A stretch of DNA of 62,309 bases, the filler included. It is 8 parts of 8 records of this genome, joined end to end, with 100 filler letters (N's around TTAATTAATTAA, not from the genome) between each part and the next. Parts side by side here need not be neighbours in the genome. Positions count along the whole stretch, not along the records: positions 30,129 to 38,086 come from SRR31156797_31085; positions 38,187 to 44,248 come from SRR31156797_31111; 6 more parts are not named here. The stretch is one strand, 5' to 3'. Both the position numbers and the translations under genes were made by a program. Of the stretch, positions 32,924 through 44,195 are shown in pieces. Numbering within the stretch: the stretch's first letter is position 1; every line of letters starts with the position of its first letter. The notes under the pieces were generated by a model. It made no database searches and was not told the DNA's origin. It saw only the letters and a program-made list of their open reading frames with translations.

Positions 32924-34234
32924 CTATACCAAATGATTTTGAAATAATAGTGCAAATCCAAGGAATGCAAAAAAACCAAGTATATCAGTAACCGTTGTAA
33001 GTATTATACTTGAGCTCTGGGCAGGATCTATACCGATTTTTTTCATGATTAATGGAATCGAAGCTCCTGATAATCCAGCACAGATTAAGTTGAAAAACAT
33101 CCCCAGGCCGATAACCAAACCAAGGAAGGGATTGCCATTCCATAGCCATGCCACAACAGCGGTCACGACACCAATGATCAGCCCGTTAATTGCGCCAAGC
33201 CCCCCTTCTTTAAGTATAAGCTGACGGACGCTACCTTTCGGGATCTCCCGCATCACAATTCCGCGCATAACGACGGCAAGAGATTGAGCACCGGCATTTC
33301 CACCCTGACCTGCAACGACAGGTAAAAATACGGCTAAAATGGTGATTTTTGCAATGACACTTTCAAAAAGGGCAACAACAGCTGCGGCCATAAAAGCTGT
33401 TACAAGATTGATGTGAAGCCAGAACAACCTCTTTTTAAGAGAAAAAGCAATGCTTGAAAATGGTTTTTCCTCACCGCTGACACCAAACATTTTTTGAATG
33501 TCCTGAGCAGACTCTTGCTGGACCCCCTTGATCAATCTCTCTGCTTTAATGACACCAATAATATGATTTTCAGAATCGATAACCGGTGCTGCAAAATATT
33601 TTCGTTTTGCCAGTTCATTTGCAGCGTCCTGTATATCAATAAAGGAATGGATCGAAAACACATCTTCCTGCATGATTGACCCAACACTTTGCTTTGATTC
33701 GGCTATCATCAGATCTCTCATATTCAACACACCGATCAAATGCTTTTCATCATCCACAACATATGCATAGGAAACGGCCAATTGCTTTTTAGACAAGGAA
33801 CGAATTTTTTTTATGGCATCTTTTGCAGTAACATTTTTATCAAGGGATAGATAATCTGTAGAGACAACTCTGCCAACACTTCCTTCTGGGTATTCCAGAA
33901 GTTCCTGAATCTGTTTTTCAATAACACCTCGAATATATTGTCTCAGCCTTTCTCTTGATTCAGTTGAAAGATGCATAAGAACCGATGTCAAAAACTGTGG
34001 TTCCAGTAAAGAAAGCGTTTTTGATAAAAAATCATCATGTATTTTTTCGATAAGGATAGCGGCATAACCTATCTGGAGATTTCTCAAAACCTTAGCAGCC
34101 ATATTGGGCGCTAATCCTTGAAGGACTTCAACGGCTTCATTCTCTTCCAAACTTTCAATAACATTGGATGCTGAAACCGCATCATTTTCAATGAATTTTT
34201 CAGTTAAGTTTATATATGGGTTTGAATCAGACAT
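32924..34234 (-). CDS. mgtE: Magnesium transporter MgtE
   Basis: N domain, CBS pair, PVVAGQGGNAGAQS, DPAQSS..TTVTD. Confidence 0.95.
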   Translation of the reverse strand: MSDSNPYINLTEKFIENDAVSASNVIESLEENEAVEVLQGLAPNMAAKVLRNLQIGYAAILIEKIHDDFLSKTLSLLEPQFLTSVLMHLSTESRERLRQYIRGVIEKQIQELLEYPEGSVGRVVSTDYLSLDKNVTAKDAIKKIRSLSKKQLAVSYAYVVDDEKHLIGVLNMRDLMIAESKQSVGSIMQEDVFSIHSFIDIQDAANELAKRKYFAAPVIDSENHIIGVIKAERLIKGVQQESAQDIQKMFGVSGEEKPFSSIAFSLKKRLFWLHINLVTAFMAAAVVALFESVIAKITILAVFLPVVAGQGGNAGAQSLAVVMRGIVMREIPKGSVRQLILKEGGLGAINGLIIGVVTAVVAWLWNGNPFLGLVIGLGMFFNLICAGLSGASIPLIMKKIGIDPAQSSSIILTTVTDILGFFAFLGFALLFQNHLV

Positions 34235-34283
34235 TTTGAAATCCTTCCGGCCAATAATAATTTGGAAAATATATCATATGCTA

Positions 34284-36866
34284 TTATGATTGATCGCTAT
34301 CTTCATTTTCAAAAATTGATTTTTCAAGTTCATTTTTCGTGATTTTATCAGTCTTTGAAAGTCCTTCGACTGAACGAATGTGAATGTCTCTTTGCGGAAA
34401 AGAAATTTCAATTTTGCGTTCTTTAAACAGTTTATCAATGTTAAATCTAATGTCAGTTTCCACTATGAGCATATGGTCTATATCTGTCCAGACACGCAGT
34501 TGGAAGATTAATGCACTATCACCAAAGTCCCTGAAAACTACGTCCGGTTTTGGATTCCGTAATACTTTTTTTGTATTTTTAGAAATTTCAAGAAGCGTCT
34601 CCCTTACAAGCTCTATGTCAGAACCATATGCAACACCTACACTTATATTACGGCGTATCCGTTTATCCTTGAAACTCCAATTTGTCACTTGATTACTTAT
34701 CAGATCTGCATTCGGAATAATCAACGACGCATTATCATATGTCTGGACAACAGTGGATCTAACATTTATTTTTTTTACCTCAGCCCACATACCATTCATC
34801 TCTATACTGTCGCCAACTTGAATGGGTCTTTCGAAAAGAAGGATGATCCCTGAAATAAAATTGTTAAAAATATTCCCAAGTCCAAAGCCAAGCCCTATGC
34901 CTAGGGCTCCAAAAGCGACAGCAAGAGAGGCTGTATTCAGACCAAACACGTGCAATGATACCAGAATACCAAATAACCAGATGACATAAATTGTAATCGT
35001 TGTAATGGAATCCTGTAGTCCAATTGTCATGCCACTACGGCTCAGGAATTTGACTTGAAAAATCCATTTCCACATTCGGATTATTGCATAGGTAATTAAA
35101 ATAACCAAAACAGAAGAAATGAATCCCAAAAGACTGAAATTCATATTACCGATCTGAAATGGGTGCGCCAAGAGATTATAAAATTTTCCTAATACGTTTT
35201 GTTGATTTCCCCAGAGCAGCAAAACAACCACTATCAAAGAAATTAACCAAACAAATTGCCCTGCTCGAATCATTAACCATTGAACGGGATAATCGTCATA
35301 TAGGAATTCATTTCTTTCAGTATCACTTTTAGTCTTATAGTATTGATCCCATTCTTTAATAAGATTGAAAAAAAGAACCCACCAAAGAATGATCAGTATC
35401 GTTATCGCCCAAGAAGAAAGCCAATGTACTGATAAAGATCCATATCCAATCATATCAAAGATAATGGCTGCACCACTTATTGTTATCAGCAAGTATTTAC
35501 TTCCTAAGCCAATTAAAAAATGGCTTTTATCCCCAGTTTCCCTTTCTTTTGGGAAATCTTTAAGTTTAAGAGTTTTCCACTTTAATATAGTCCAAATCAA
35601 AACAAATATAGCACCTACTATACGAAAAATGACAAGAAGGTTGGAGTCTGATCCGAGACTGAAATGTATAGGAGCATAGATCAGGATAAAGATTGATAAG
35701 ATTCGGCACAACTTTATATACGAATTAGCATTTTCTATCCCCATGCTATTGGCAACAAAACCACCGAATGCCTGCTTTATCCAGCTGACGACAAGAAAGG
35801 TAATAATGAGAAGCGTGACCATCTGAAGCGTTGGTGCCACAAAATACATGATGTTCAATCGACTGAAAATAAATACAATCAGCGCAATACCACCAGGTAT
35901 AATGGATTGGGTTAATAGATTTGCAATTAATTTATGCCAATCTCCTAACCGTTTTGCATAATCAAGATTTTGAACATTGGATAACGATATCTTTGTTCGT
36001 AGCAGTGCAAACAGGGCTCCTATCAAAATTAGTAGAAACGAGATTGACATAAATCCAGCACTTTGCCACAACTTTTGACCCCATTTTGTCCAGAATACAG
36101 GCGTCGTGATCATTTTAATTTTTCCGACTAAATTAATAATATCCTCTTTAAGGACTTTAAAAACGTCAAATCGAAAACCTTCCTTTTTTCTTTCAAATAG
36201 ATTTTTTATCTTCTGCTGTTCTATGGCTGTGGTGTACTGGGCCTCTAAAGTTGAGAATGCCTGCTGTATCTCCGATAAATTTTTCAGCCTTTTCTGATAG
36301 ATGTCATCCAGTTTTGAAATATACGTTGCCTTTAGATTTAGAACTTTTGCCAACTGTCTTGCTGTTTTTTCAAACTCAATAGCAGTCGTATCTTTGTTTT
36401 GTCCTATGAGTTTCGATAATTCTGAAATTTGTTTATCAACAAGTTGCTTTTGCTGCTCAAGATTTTTCTTTTCAAGCGTTAACGTTTCACTTGCCGGGAA
36501 AACTTCACCCATCATTTTTTGGACTTCTAATAAAGAGGACTTAATTTCAGATCGAGTTTTTTGAAGGGTAGAAATGTCCACTCCGGTTGACAATAATAGA
36601 TTCCCGTAAGTTGACAATTGGAGCTGATAACCATTTATTGCAGCAGCAAGATAAATTTTTTCACGTTCCCCTCTGTCAATGCGATCCTTATAACTGATGA
36701 TATTTTTTTCTTCAGCTTTTAAAGACTCTTTTAAAGTTATGCCCAAATCATTCACAATTCCGTGACCATTGACATCATTTACTTGAGCATTGGCATCTGG
36801 TGAAATATTAAACGTAAAAAACATTATTAGAAAGATAGAAAGTAAACGTTTTAGCTTTTGCAACAT
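34284..36866 (-). CDS. Large MscS/MscK-like mechanosensitive channel
   Basis: Signal peptide + coiled coil + multiple TMs; GALGIGLGFGL, NFISGIILLFERP, IIPN..VTNWS, ISFPQRD. Confidence 0.93.
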   Translation of the reverse strand: MLQKLKRLLSIFLIMFFTFNISPDANAQVNDVNGHGIVNDLGITLKESLKAEEKNIISYKDRIDRGEREKIYLAAAINGYQLQLSTYGNLLLSTGVDISTLQKTRSEIKSSLLEVQKMMGEVFPASETLTLEKKNLEQQKQLVDKQISELSKLIGQNKDTTAIEFEKTARQLAKVLNLKATYISKLDDIYQKRLKNLSEIQQAFSTLEAQYTTAIEQQKIKNLFERKKEGFRFDVFKVLKEDIINLVGKIKMITTPVFWTKWGQKLWQSAGFMSISFLLILIGALFALLRTKISLSNVQNLDYAKRLGDWHKLIANLLTQSIIPGGIALIVFIFSRLNIMYFVAPTLQMVTLLIITFLVVSWIKQAFGGFVANSMGIENANSYIKLCRILSIFILIYAPIHFSLGSDSNLLVIFRIVGAIFVLIWTILKWKTLKLKDFPKERETGDKSHFLIGLGSKYLLITISGAAIIFDMIGYGSLSVHWLSSWAITILIILWWVLFFNLIKEWDQYYKTKSDTERNEFLYDDYPVQWLMIRAGQFVWLISLIVVVLLLWGNQQNVLGKFYNLLAHPFQIGNMNFSLLGFISSVLVILITYAIIRMWKWIFQVKFLSRSGMTIGLQDSITTITIYVIWLFGILVSLHVFGLNTASLAVAFGALGIGLGFGLGNIFNNFISGIILLFERPIQVGDSIEMNGMWAEVKKINVRSTVVQTYDNASLIIPNADLISNQVTNWSFKDKRIRRNISVGVAYGSDIELVRETLLEISKNTKKVLRNPKPDVVFRDFGDSALIFQLRVWTDIDHMLIVETDIRFNIDKLFKERKIEISFPQRDIHIRSVEGLSKTDKITKNELEKSIFENEDSDQS

Positions 36867-37015
36867 ATTAAAATTCCAATCGATAGATTATGCAAACGGG
36901 CATTAATTATTACTTACTTGAAAACTTAGGTCCTCATAATAAATAACTATATGACTTTTTACAAGAAATGCATATAATATCCATCAACTGTAAACAACAT
37001 CGATTTGGTGTCAGA

Positions 37016-37588
37016 ATGCAAAACGAATTTAAAAAAATTCTCAACGGAATGGATGTTCGGGATGATAGGATAAGAGCGGAAGAAAAAGCGATCAAATTAT
37101 ATAAAAAAGGTAACGATTCTCTATTTTATGTAATCGATCTTGGCCAGCAGCTTAAAACAAAAAGTTTAGATCCTAAAATTAAAACTCTGCTGAGATCTGT
37201 AATTTTTACAATCTCCATTTTTTATGAGAACAACAAAACTATTCTTGGAAAATCTTCCAGATATAATGAATTGATTAAATTATTAATTGATTTGTCTTTT
37301 CTCGGTTTTAAGTCGGCCTATAACCTCCTTTTTGATATGAATTTTTCCGAATTTGATATTTATCGAAAAAAGTTATTCGATCTTCCGCAAGTTGAAAGGC
37401 ATAAACACGATAAAGAGATCTCAACCCATGAAGCTTTTGAAGAAATTCGGATGAGCAAAAATTACTTGGGTTCAAAAGGTTTTAAGAAAGACCATTTCGC
37501 ATTAGGCCATGACAATAAGCACATATACGAAATTTATAGAACCGGGAAAAAATTATTTTCATTAAGAACACATCGGAAAAAGACATAA
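37016..37588 (+). CDS. Hypothetical protein
   Basis: 190-aa ORF divergent from the mscS gene; no recognised motif. Confidence 0.6.
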   Translation: MQNEFKKILNGMDVRDDRIRAEEKAIKLYKKGNDSLFYVIDLGQQLKTKSLDPKIKTLLRSVIFTISIFYENNKTILGKSSRYNELIKLLIDLSFLGFKSAYNLLFDMNFSEFDIYRKKLFDLPQVERHKHDKEISTHEAFEEIRMSKNYLGSKGFKKDHFALGHDNKHIYEIYRTGKKLFSLRTHRKKT

Positions 37589-37609
37589 ATTAAAGTATCT
37601 GCGTATCTA

Positions 37610-37806
37610 AAGATCCTGCCTCACCAATGATCCATTCCAGTTCAATTTACAAAGATTTTTTCAGCATTCTACCCTGCTCTTCTTCAACCTTAAGCTCCAA
37701 TACTATCTGATCCGGGAACTCAACAATGGTTTCATTCTGGTCCTGCTTGAGGGTCAGTCTACCCTGATCAAGTTTATCAGCAATCGTCCGCAAAGTAATT
37801 GCGATG
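37610..37806 (-). pseudogene. Amphi-Trp domain protein remnant
   Basis: IAITLRTIADKLDQGRLTLKQDQNETIVEFPDQIVLELKVEEEQ, frameshift, GRMLKKSL*IELEWIIGE. Confidence 0.65.
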
Positions 37807-38086
37807 TCACTTTATCAGCCGTATTTGACATACCGGAGATGGCATCTTTTTTCCATTGTTCCAGATGGTGGGGAAATATTCCCTTTTTACGGCCCAGGAG
37901 GCACACTTTTCCGAGGACATAGAACCGGTAGTCATCAAAGCGGTCAATCGCTCCTCCGAAGTCCAGTCCCTCGGGCGTTTCTCTTTTGATTTCAAATTGA
38001 TCTCACCACTTTGTTTGTATTGCCTCAGCCATTTGCCGATTGTGGATCGGCCAATCCCATATTCCAAAGCTATTTCATGGTGAGGT
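37807..38086 (-). mobile_element. IS3-family OrfA fragment, frameshifted
   Basis: HEIALEYGIGRSTIGKWLRQY..KRPRDWTSEERL, then HHLEQWKKDAISG in a shifted frame. Confidence 0.75.
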
Positions 38087-38186
38087 NNNNNNNNNNNNNN
38101 NNNNNNNNNNNNNNNNNNNNNNNNNNNNNNTTAATTAATTAANNNNNNNNNNNNNNNNNNNNNNNNNNNNNNNNNNNNNNNNNNNN
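38087..38186. other. Artificial contig linker
   Basis: N-run + TTAATTAATTAA. Confidence 0.99.
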
Positions 38187-38210
38187 CCGGCAGAGCCGGT
38201 GGTTTAACTT
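38187..38210. repeat. Partial hairpin resembling an IS200/IS605-type end
   Basis: CCGGCAGAGCCGGTGGTTT at the contig edge. Confidence 0.35.
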
Positions 38211-38254
38211 ATGAATGAGAAATTATTTTTGAGAACCACTATAAATTGCGCCGT

Positions 38255-39226
38255 TTAGCATTTTTCCAATAATTCCTTGAAATATGCGATTGTCTTTTCA
38301 AGGCCTTTTTCCAGGGACGTGTCCGGGCGCCATCCCAGTTTTTGTTCGGCCAAAGTTATATCGGGCCGCCTTTGCCTGGGGTCGTCTTCAGGTAAAGGCT
38401 TATATATTATTTCAGATTTGAACCCGGTTATTTCAATTATTATTTCAGCCAGTTTCAACATCGAAAATTCAGTGGGATTGCCCAGGTTCACAGGACCGGT
38501 AAAATCTTCCGGGGAGTTCATGAACAGAATAAAAGCTTCTATCATGTCATCCACGTAACAAAAAGATCTGGTCTGGTTTCCGTCCCCGAACATTGTTATG
38601 GGTTCGCCGGACAGGGCCTGGACAATGAAAGTTGACACGACCCGTCCATCGTCCGGGTGCATGCGCGGTCCATATGTATTAAATATTCTTGCGACTTTAA
38701 TGGACAGCCCATGTTGTCGACGGTAATCGAAAAAAAGGGTTTCCGCGCATCTTTTACCTTCGTCATAGCAAGACCGCGGCCCGATGGGATTTACATGCCC
38801 GACATAATCTTCGGTTTGGGGGTGAATTTCGGGATCTCCATAAACTTCACTCGTTGAAGCCTGGAATATTCTTGCCTTGGTGCGCTTGGCCAGGCCCAGC
38901 ATGTTGATGGCGCCGTGTACGCTTGTTTTCGTGGTCTGGACCGGATCGAACTGGTAGTGGATGGGCGAAGCCGGGCAAGCCAGGTTATAGATTTCATCGA
39001 CTTCAACGAACAAGGGAAAAGTAATATCGTGCCGGAGCAATTCAAACCCGGGATTATCAAGCAGATGAACGATGTTTTTCCTGTCACCGGTAAAATAGTT
39101 GTCGATGCCAAGCACATCCGAGCCGTTTTCCAAAAGGCGTTGGCACAAGTGGGAGCCAAGAAAACCTGCTGCGCCCGTGACCAGAATTCGTTTGGCGGAA
39201 GACCATTTTTTATTCCCGTATCGCAT
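38255..39226 (-). CDS. uxs: UDP-glucuronate decarboxylase (UDP-xylose synthase)
   Basis: [54 protein letters not shown]. Confidence 0.95.
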   Translation of the reverse strand: MRYGNKKWSSAKRILVTGAAGFLGSHLCQRLLENGSDVLGIDNYFTGDRKNIVHLLDNPGFELLRHDITFPLFVEVDEIYNLACPASPIHYQFDPVQTTKTSVHGAINMLGLAKRTKARIFQASTSEVYGDPEIHPQTEDYVGHVNPIGPRSCYDEGKRCAETLFFDYRRQHGLSIKVARIFNTYGPRMHPDDGRVVSTFIVQALSGEPITMFGDGNQTRSFCYVDDMIEAFILFMNSPEDFTGPVNLGNPTEFSMLKLAEIIIEITGFKSEIIYKPLPEDDPRQRRPDITLAEQKLGWRPDTSLEKGLEKTIAYFKELLEKC

Positions 39227-39371
39227 TTCTGTTTATTTCTCCTATATTTAGACAACTAATTATTATTTATTAGTAAATCGGCTATTGGCACTTGTTTGTA
39301 AAGAGTTTTTTGCTTTGTGGAGCGATAAAAAGGGGGCGGGATGTTAATTTTCAGCCAGGCAGGCTTAATAT

Positions 39372-39391
39372 GGGCGGTTTGCGAACCGCCC
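39372..39391. repeat. REP-like GC palindrome
   Basis: GGGCGGTT-TGCG-AACCGCCC in the intergenic region. Confidence 0.5.
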
Positions 39392-39413
39392 TCACGCATG
39401 GCGCAGGTTGTCA

Positions 39414-41393
39414 TCAATCCGTATCCAGCTTTACTTTTTTCGTTTCCACGGGCGCGGCCTTTACAGGCGCCTTTTTATAGTTTTTGAAGAACCTGCTCAA
39501 TTTATCCTTAATAAATTCTTCAGCTTGTCCAGGCGGGCTGAATATTTCCACAAGCCTGAAATCAGAATCATCTATTTCAAGTATTCTTTCCGCCACGCGC
39601 CTGTATTTATCTTCTTCATTCCCCTGGAGTGATAAAAGTGTTTCATGAAACATTTCTCCTATATTGCTCCGGTAAACAATTTCAGCGTCAATGATTCGAG
39701 TTTCGTGATTAGGCTCCTCCATATTGATAATGACTACTTTGGGGCCCTGCGGCTTTGACAATAAACCTTTGCCCTTGATCGAATTCATATCAAATGGAGG
39801 AAAAATCCGGTCAAGAACATGAAATAAGGCTAAAAAGGCGCTCTTTTTTATCGGGTAGGCTTTTTCCGCCAATCTTATTGTTAAATCATTATTCCACAAG
39901 CTGTTGTGAACGAGCCACATGGCGATTCTGGCAGCCCTTTCAGCCTTGAAAACAGCCTCGCCGGGCAGTGAGGAATCATGGATTTTCCACTCGTATTTTT
40001 CAAAGGCTATACTCAGGTCCCGGGGGAATGAATAGCGGTGGAACGCGGACGGAAGCTCTTCAACTTTGGTTTTGTGGCTTGTATAACGGGCCAGTATTTG
40101 AGCGCTCAACATGGCCATGCTATCGCTTTGCACCACGACTTCTTCCGGATAGTCGGCGCGCAGCCTGGCCGCGATCCTTGAATAAAGCTCGAGCAGCAAG
40201 GCCTTTATTTCTTCACCAAGATCCAGTTTCCTTCTTTCGGACCAATGACGATAATTGAATAAATCCTCCAGCTTTTCAGATTTCCATCCCCATTCGTCCC
40301 TTAATTCCTCCATAATTTTAGACTTGGGGTCGGCTTGGTCTGTTAAGGCCTTGTGCAGCGGAGCGTGCATTTTAAACAGGGCGGAAAACCTGACCAGTTC
40401 AAGGCTTTCCCGGGCATATGCCAGAACCCGCTTGATAGTTATCAGGTATGGATCAATTGGCAAGTCATCCGGAGATGAAGATAAGATATCTTCCTTGACC
40501 TGGTTGCACAACAAAGGCGCCTCAAGGCGGTTTTCAACCTGTTCGAGAATAAGCATCATCTTGAGCACGGCCTTGAAAGGGTCTTTTTGCGATTTGTGGG
40601 CCTGCCACATGGCCGCTCCAAGGTATTCAAGAGCTTTAGGAGGTTCGGGGCAGCCAAGGTCCATGATGTCGTCCGGATGCAAGGTCGTGAGGGCCATTTT
40701 TTCGAGTGAAGCGGATACGGCCCTGTACTGAGCCTGAGTTATGCCAGTGGGCGTCAGCCACCATAAAGGCATTCGTCCCACAACATGGAGCGAGGTTCGG
40801 TAAAATTCTTCCTTGACCAGCCGCGGCATCAAATCGCCCGAGCTTTCCCCTTCAAAATCGCCCAATCTGTTCATCCGTATATCTTCTAAATCCATAAGAA
40901 AAAAATGAACTTCCGTTTTATGCTTCAGCCAGGCCCACCTTTGAATTAGTTGAAGTTTTTCCTGGAGAAAATCCAAATCACCGGGCGGCAAGTCCTTTCT
41001 GTTAATGCACACCCAGTAGTCCAGATCGGATATCTGTGTGTGGCCAATGGAACCGGCGCTGCCGATAAGCATTAATGATTGAATTCTAGGATGCAGAACA
41101 AATAATTCCTTGAGTTCTCTATCCGGGTTGGCTTCCATGAACATTCTGGCGAATCCCGACCTTTCAAAACCGTAAATTCCCATGGCCGGTTTTTTTGAAG
41201 CCACGAAGCCGGGTGTATTCGGGAGGTTGACCTGCAGCAGGTATGGAACCGTTTGAAAAACCGTTCTGAATCCCCGACTGCCATAACGCAGCATTTCCCT
41301 TGTTCTCATTATATTATTCAGAACAAACGACTTTTGGTTATTGAGCAGCTTTCGGCCTATTTCCCTGAGTTTTTTACCGTCATCAATCGTCAT
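39414..41393 (-). CDS. cyaA: Class I adenylate cyclase
   Basis: GSAGSIGHTQISDLDYW, EVHFF, KEEFYRT, GRMPLWW, AMWQ..K..PFKAVLK. Confidence 0.88.
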   Translation of the reverse strand: MTIDDGKKLREIGRKLLNNQKSFVLNNIMRTREMLRYGSRGFRTVFQTVPYLLQVNLPNTPGFVASKKPAMGIYGFERSGFARMFMEANPDRELKELFVLHPRIQSLMLIGSAGSIGHTQISDLDYWVCINRKDLPPGDLDFLQEKLQLIQRWAWLKHKTEVHFFLMDLEDIRMNRLGDFEGESSGDLMPRLVKEEFYRTSLHVVGRMPLWWLTPTGITQAQYRAVSASLEKMALTTLHPDDIMDLGCPEPPKALEYLGAAMWQAHKSQKDPFKAVLKMMLILEQVENRLEAPLLCNQVKEDILSSSPDDLPIDPYLITIKRVLAYARESLELVRFSALFKMHAPLHKALTDQADPKSKIMEELRDEWGWKSEKLEDLFNYRHWSERRKLDLGEEIKALLLELYSRIAARLRADYPEEVVVQSDSMAMLSAQILARYTSHKTKVEELPSAFHRYSFPRDLSIAFEKYEWKIHDSSLPGEAVFKAERAARIAMWLVHNSLWNNDLTIRLAEKAYPIKKSAFLALFHVLDRIFPPFDMNSIKGKGLLSKPQGPKVVIINMEEPNHETRIIDAEIVYRSNIGEMFHETLLSLQGNEEDKYRRVAERILEIDDSDFRLVEIFSPPGQAEEFIKDKLSRFFKNYKKAPVKAAPVETKKVKLDTD

Positions 41394-41712
41394 TGTTTCT
41401 AAGAATGCTCCTCAACTAATTCAATGTCCGCGGCCGCGCCGTAGACCGTACCGAATATGTCCATTAGCCTCAATATCTGTTAAGACCTATCCGGTTATAA
41501 TAATTCAAGTTAAGATTTTTAACCACTCCAATCATTTTCATTTCCTATAATAGCCCTATATTGGAAAAAATGCATGATACACCTGACAAGGCGTCGCCAA
41601 GCTTATAAAGGAGGCGACATTACTAAACGCCGGGGGCTGCCCCCAGCATGATGGTGCGCCAAAAGGCTCTGAAAATAGAGACATTTATGTATAAGCATCC
41701 CATACATGGCGC

Positions 41713-41943
41713 ATGTTCACAATAAAGGCTTCCGGAAAGCTGTAAACAGTGGTTTTATAGATTGTGAATAAAATACTGTGATTTTCAGAATTCCTTCATC
41801 GGCCTTGATATTTTGAATTCACAAATTTAATTATATCTAATTATTGATAATTTTAAGATCAAACCTAATAAGCCTTTTATAGCTCAGTACTATACTTAAT
41901 AAATATCGAAACTTTTATTTAATTTATTCACAGGTTATTCACA
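41713..41943. promoter_or_regulatory. DnaA-box cluster in an AT-rich intergenic region
   Basis: TTATTCACA at 41924-41932 and 41935-41943, reverse copy TGTGAATAA at 41763-41771, near-boxes at 41713 and 41815. Confidence 0.55.
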
Positions 41944-42185
41944 GGGGTGTTCGTCCGCCTGACTACAAATATACCCGGTTGAAATATTTAAATAAGTTAC
42001 TATTCCGGTTTTCGCATGACCAATAAGCAAGCTTTGCTTTACTGTACGGCGCTCTAGTTCAAACCGCGCCTTTTTGCTTGAAGCGGTCGTGGTTCACTGT
42101 CAGAATAATATTACAAGCTTTCTCAATAGCAATAGTAGATCCAATAATTCCGAGACGGTTTGTTAGAATACAAAGGAGCATGTGA

Positions 42186-42929
42186 ATGTTTAACCTGGCA
42201 GCAAGGGCTCGTAGTCTGGAAGAAGCGACTCAATGTCTCGACCTGGGATTCAACATCTTGGAAATAACCTTGCCCTGCCCCGGAGGTTTGGAGGAAGAAG
42301 AGCGCTGGCTTCGACTGGCCTCGGATAACGGCAGCATAATTCTAGGGCACGGTCCCGAGGAAGGCAATCCGGCGGACCTTGTCAAATTGGAGAAGGAATA
42401 TCTGCCAAAATTAAAGCTGGCCCTGGAAGCTGCGTCCAGGTTGTCGTGCAAGCTGTTAACGGTACATTTCTGGATGGAATCACGCTGGTTGGATGAAGCG
42501 GTAATTTCCCGAAAGATTGAATTGTTATCTGAAGCGACCGATTGGGGGGCGGATTTAGACGTTCAGGTGAATATTGAAAACCTGAGTGAAAAATGGTTTG
42601 CATTGGAACCGGTCCTCGATCGTATACCGGGATTGGGCGTCACTTTGGATGTAGGCCATGCGCAGTTACTGTCGTCAAAAAACACGGCGCCGGCAATAAT
42701 AGAAAGGTTTTTTAACCGGATCTACCATCTTCACCTGCATGATAACAATGGCGGGCAAACTCCAAGCGACGATTTACATTTGCCGCCTGGCGAGGGGCTT
42801 GTCCCGTTTAATAAAATTTTCAGAATGTTAAAAGAAAAAGAATATAACAGGGCCGCAACCCTTGAACTTCGCCCGCATCAACTTGAAGCAGCCAGGCAAT
42901 GGGTTGTTGAAACCTGGCGGCAGGCCTGA
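42186..42929 (+). CDS. Xylose isomerase-like / AP endonuclease 2 TIM-barrel protein
   Basis: NIENL, TLDVGHA, HLHLHDN, DDLHLPPGEG, TLEL. Confidence 0.88.
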   Translation: MFNLAARARSLEEATQCLDLGFNILEITLPCPGGLEEEERWLRLASDNGSIILGHGPEEGNPADLVKLEKEYLPKLKLALEAASRLSCKLLTVHFWMESRWLDEAVISRKIELLSEATDWGADLDVQVNIENLSEKWFALEPVLDRIPGLGVTLDVGHAQLLSSKNTAPAIIERFFNRIYHLHLHDNNGGQTPSDDLHLPPGEGLVPFNKIFRMLKEKEYNRAATLELRPHQLEAARQWVVETWRQA

Positions 42930-42943
42930 GGCCAAAACCGGAT

Positions 42944-44038
42944 TTAAACGCCTAATGGCTCATAAAACAGTTTTTCCACCTTGTCCTTCATCCACTCGGC
43001 CCGGCCATTGGATTCACCGGCAAGGTTTATCATGCGTCCGGCCATGGATGCGGCCCTGGTGTTACAGGTTAGTCTGGCCTGTTCGATGATATCCCAATCA
43101 TTTTCGTGTTGAAACCTTTCAAAAGCCGGTTCTATTTCCGGAAACAGATGAACGGGTAAGCCGTCTATAAGGGCGGTGAAGACGGCAAGTGAGGACAGGC
43201 TTTGTTGATCGATGATATATTTGAGACGGCCGACATCGCTTGTATCGGCCAAAACGTCCTTAATCGTTCTGGCCATTAATTCAACGCGGGTGTGGGGATA
43301 TTCGGAGATAATTTTCCGCCATATCGCCCTGGGAAACACCTGGTCCGAAGCTTCGGCGTATTCGTGCCGGACAAAGGCTTCAATTTCGGCTGCCAACAAT
43401 TTATTGAATTTTGCGACCCAGGTTTTAGCCCCGGATTTAATATCCATTCTGCTTATGCCATGGACGGAAAGGGCCAGTTCCAGTGCTTTTTGCTTGTTTT
43501 CTCCGGCATGCATAATACTGTCCCACAGATAAGCGGCCAAGGGTCTTAACCTGGCGACAATTTCTCTTTCCCTGGTTTGGGCCGGCGACGAGTATAAATC
43601 CCTGGCCAATTGATCGCCAATGTAGACGACTGAAAATTCTCCTAAATGTTTTCTTTTTAAAACTCTGCCCAGGCAAAAGCTGGGTTTTAAAAAGGCGGCA
43701 TAGCCTGCTGAATAGTGAAGGCCGGTTTCAGCCAAAGCCAGGTTGATGGAATCCGAATCAAAGGGATCGTATTCAGCGCCGCGCCAATTCAGGTTTGACA
43801 TTTCCCGGCCGACTATTTTTTCCCACAGTTCTTCACGTTCTTCTATCCATTGAAGAACCGAGGATGATTCAATCTCGATCCATGGGGCCAGCCCTTTTTC
43901 CCATTTACAGAGGTCTCGCAGCCTGAGCAACAAGCCGCAAAGTGAAAAAGACCCGGCGAACCGGGCGTCGGAACTATGACAGTTTTCCATGACCTGGCCG
44001 GCGAATCGTTCGATTTCGCCGTTGTATTTATTGGGCAT
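42944..44038 (-). CDS. Sfum_1244-like conserved hypothetical protein
   Basis: NCHSSDA..FSLCGLLLRLRDL.KWE, YDPFD..IN, RHE. Confidence 0.7.
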   Translation of the reverse strand: MPNKYNGEIERFAGQVMENCHSSDARFAGSFSLCGLLLRLRDLCKWEKGLAPWIEIESSSVLQWIEEREELWEKIVGREMSNLNWRGAEYDPFDSDSINLALAETGLHYSAGYAAFLKPSFCLGRVLKRKHLGEFSVVYIGDQLARDLYSSPAQTREREIVARLRPLAAYLWDSIMHAGENKQKALELALSVHGISRMDIKSGAKTWVAKFNKLLAAEIEAFVRHEYAEASDQVFPRAIWRKIISEYPHTRVELMARTIKDVLADTSDVGRLKYIIDQQSLSSLAVFTALIDGLPVHLFPEIEPAFERFQHENDWDIIEQARLTCNTRAASMAGRMINLAGESNGRAEWMKDKVEKLFYEPLGV

Positions 44039-44195
44039 TCTGTTTTCCTCGCTGGCATTAATATTACAGGTTCGGCAAGCGGGTAACAAGTGCGGCGAGA
44101 AATACAGTTCACATCATAAGAAAAATAATCAAGAACAATGGCCTGTATTGCAACAACGTCGAATAATGTATAGGGAGCGCGGCGCCAGTTCAGGA

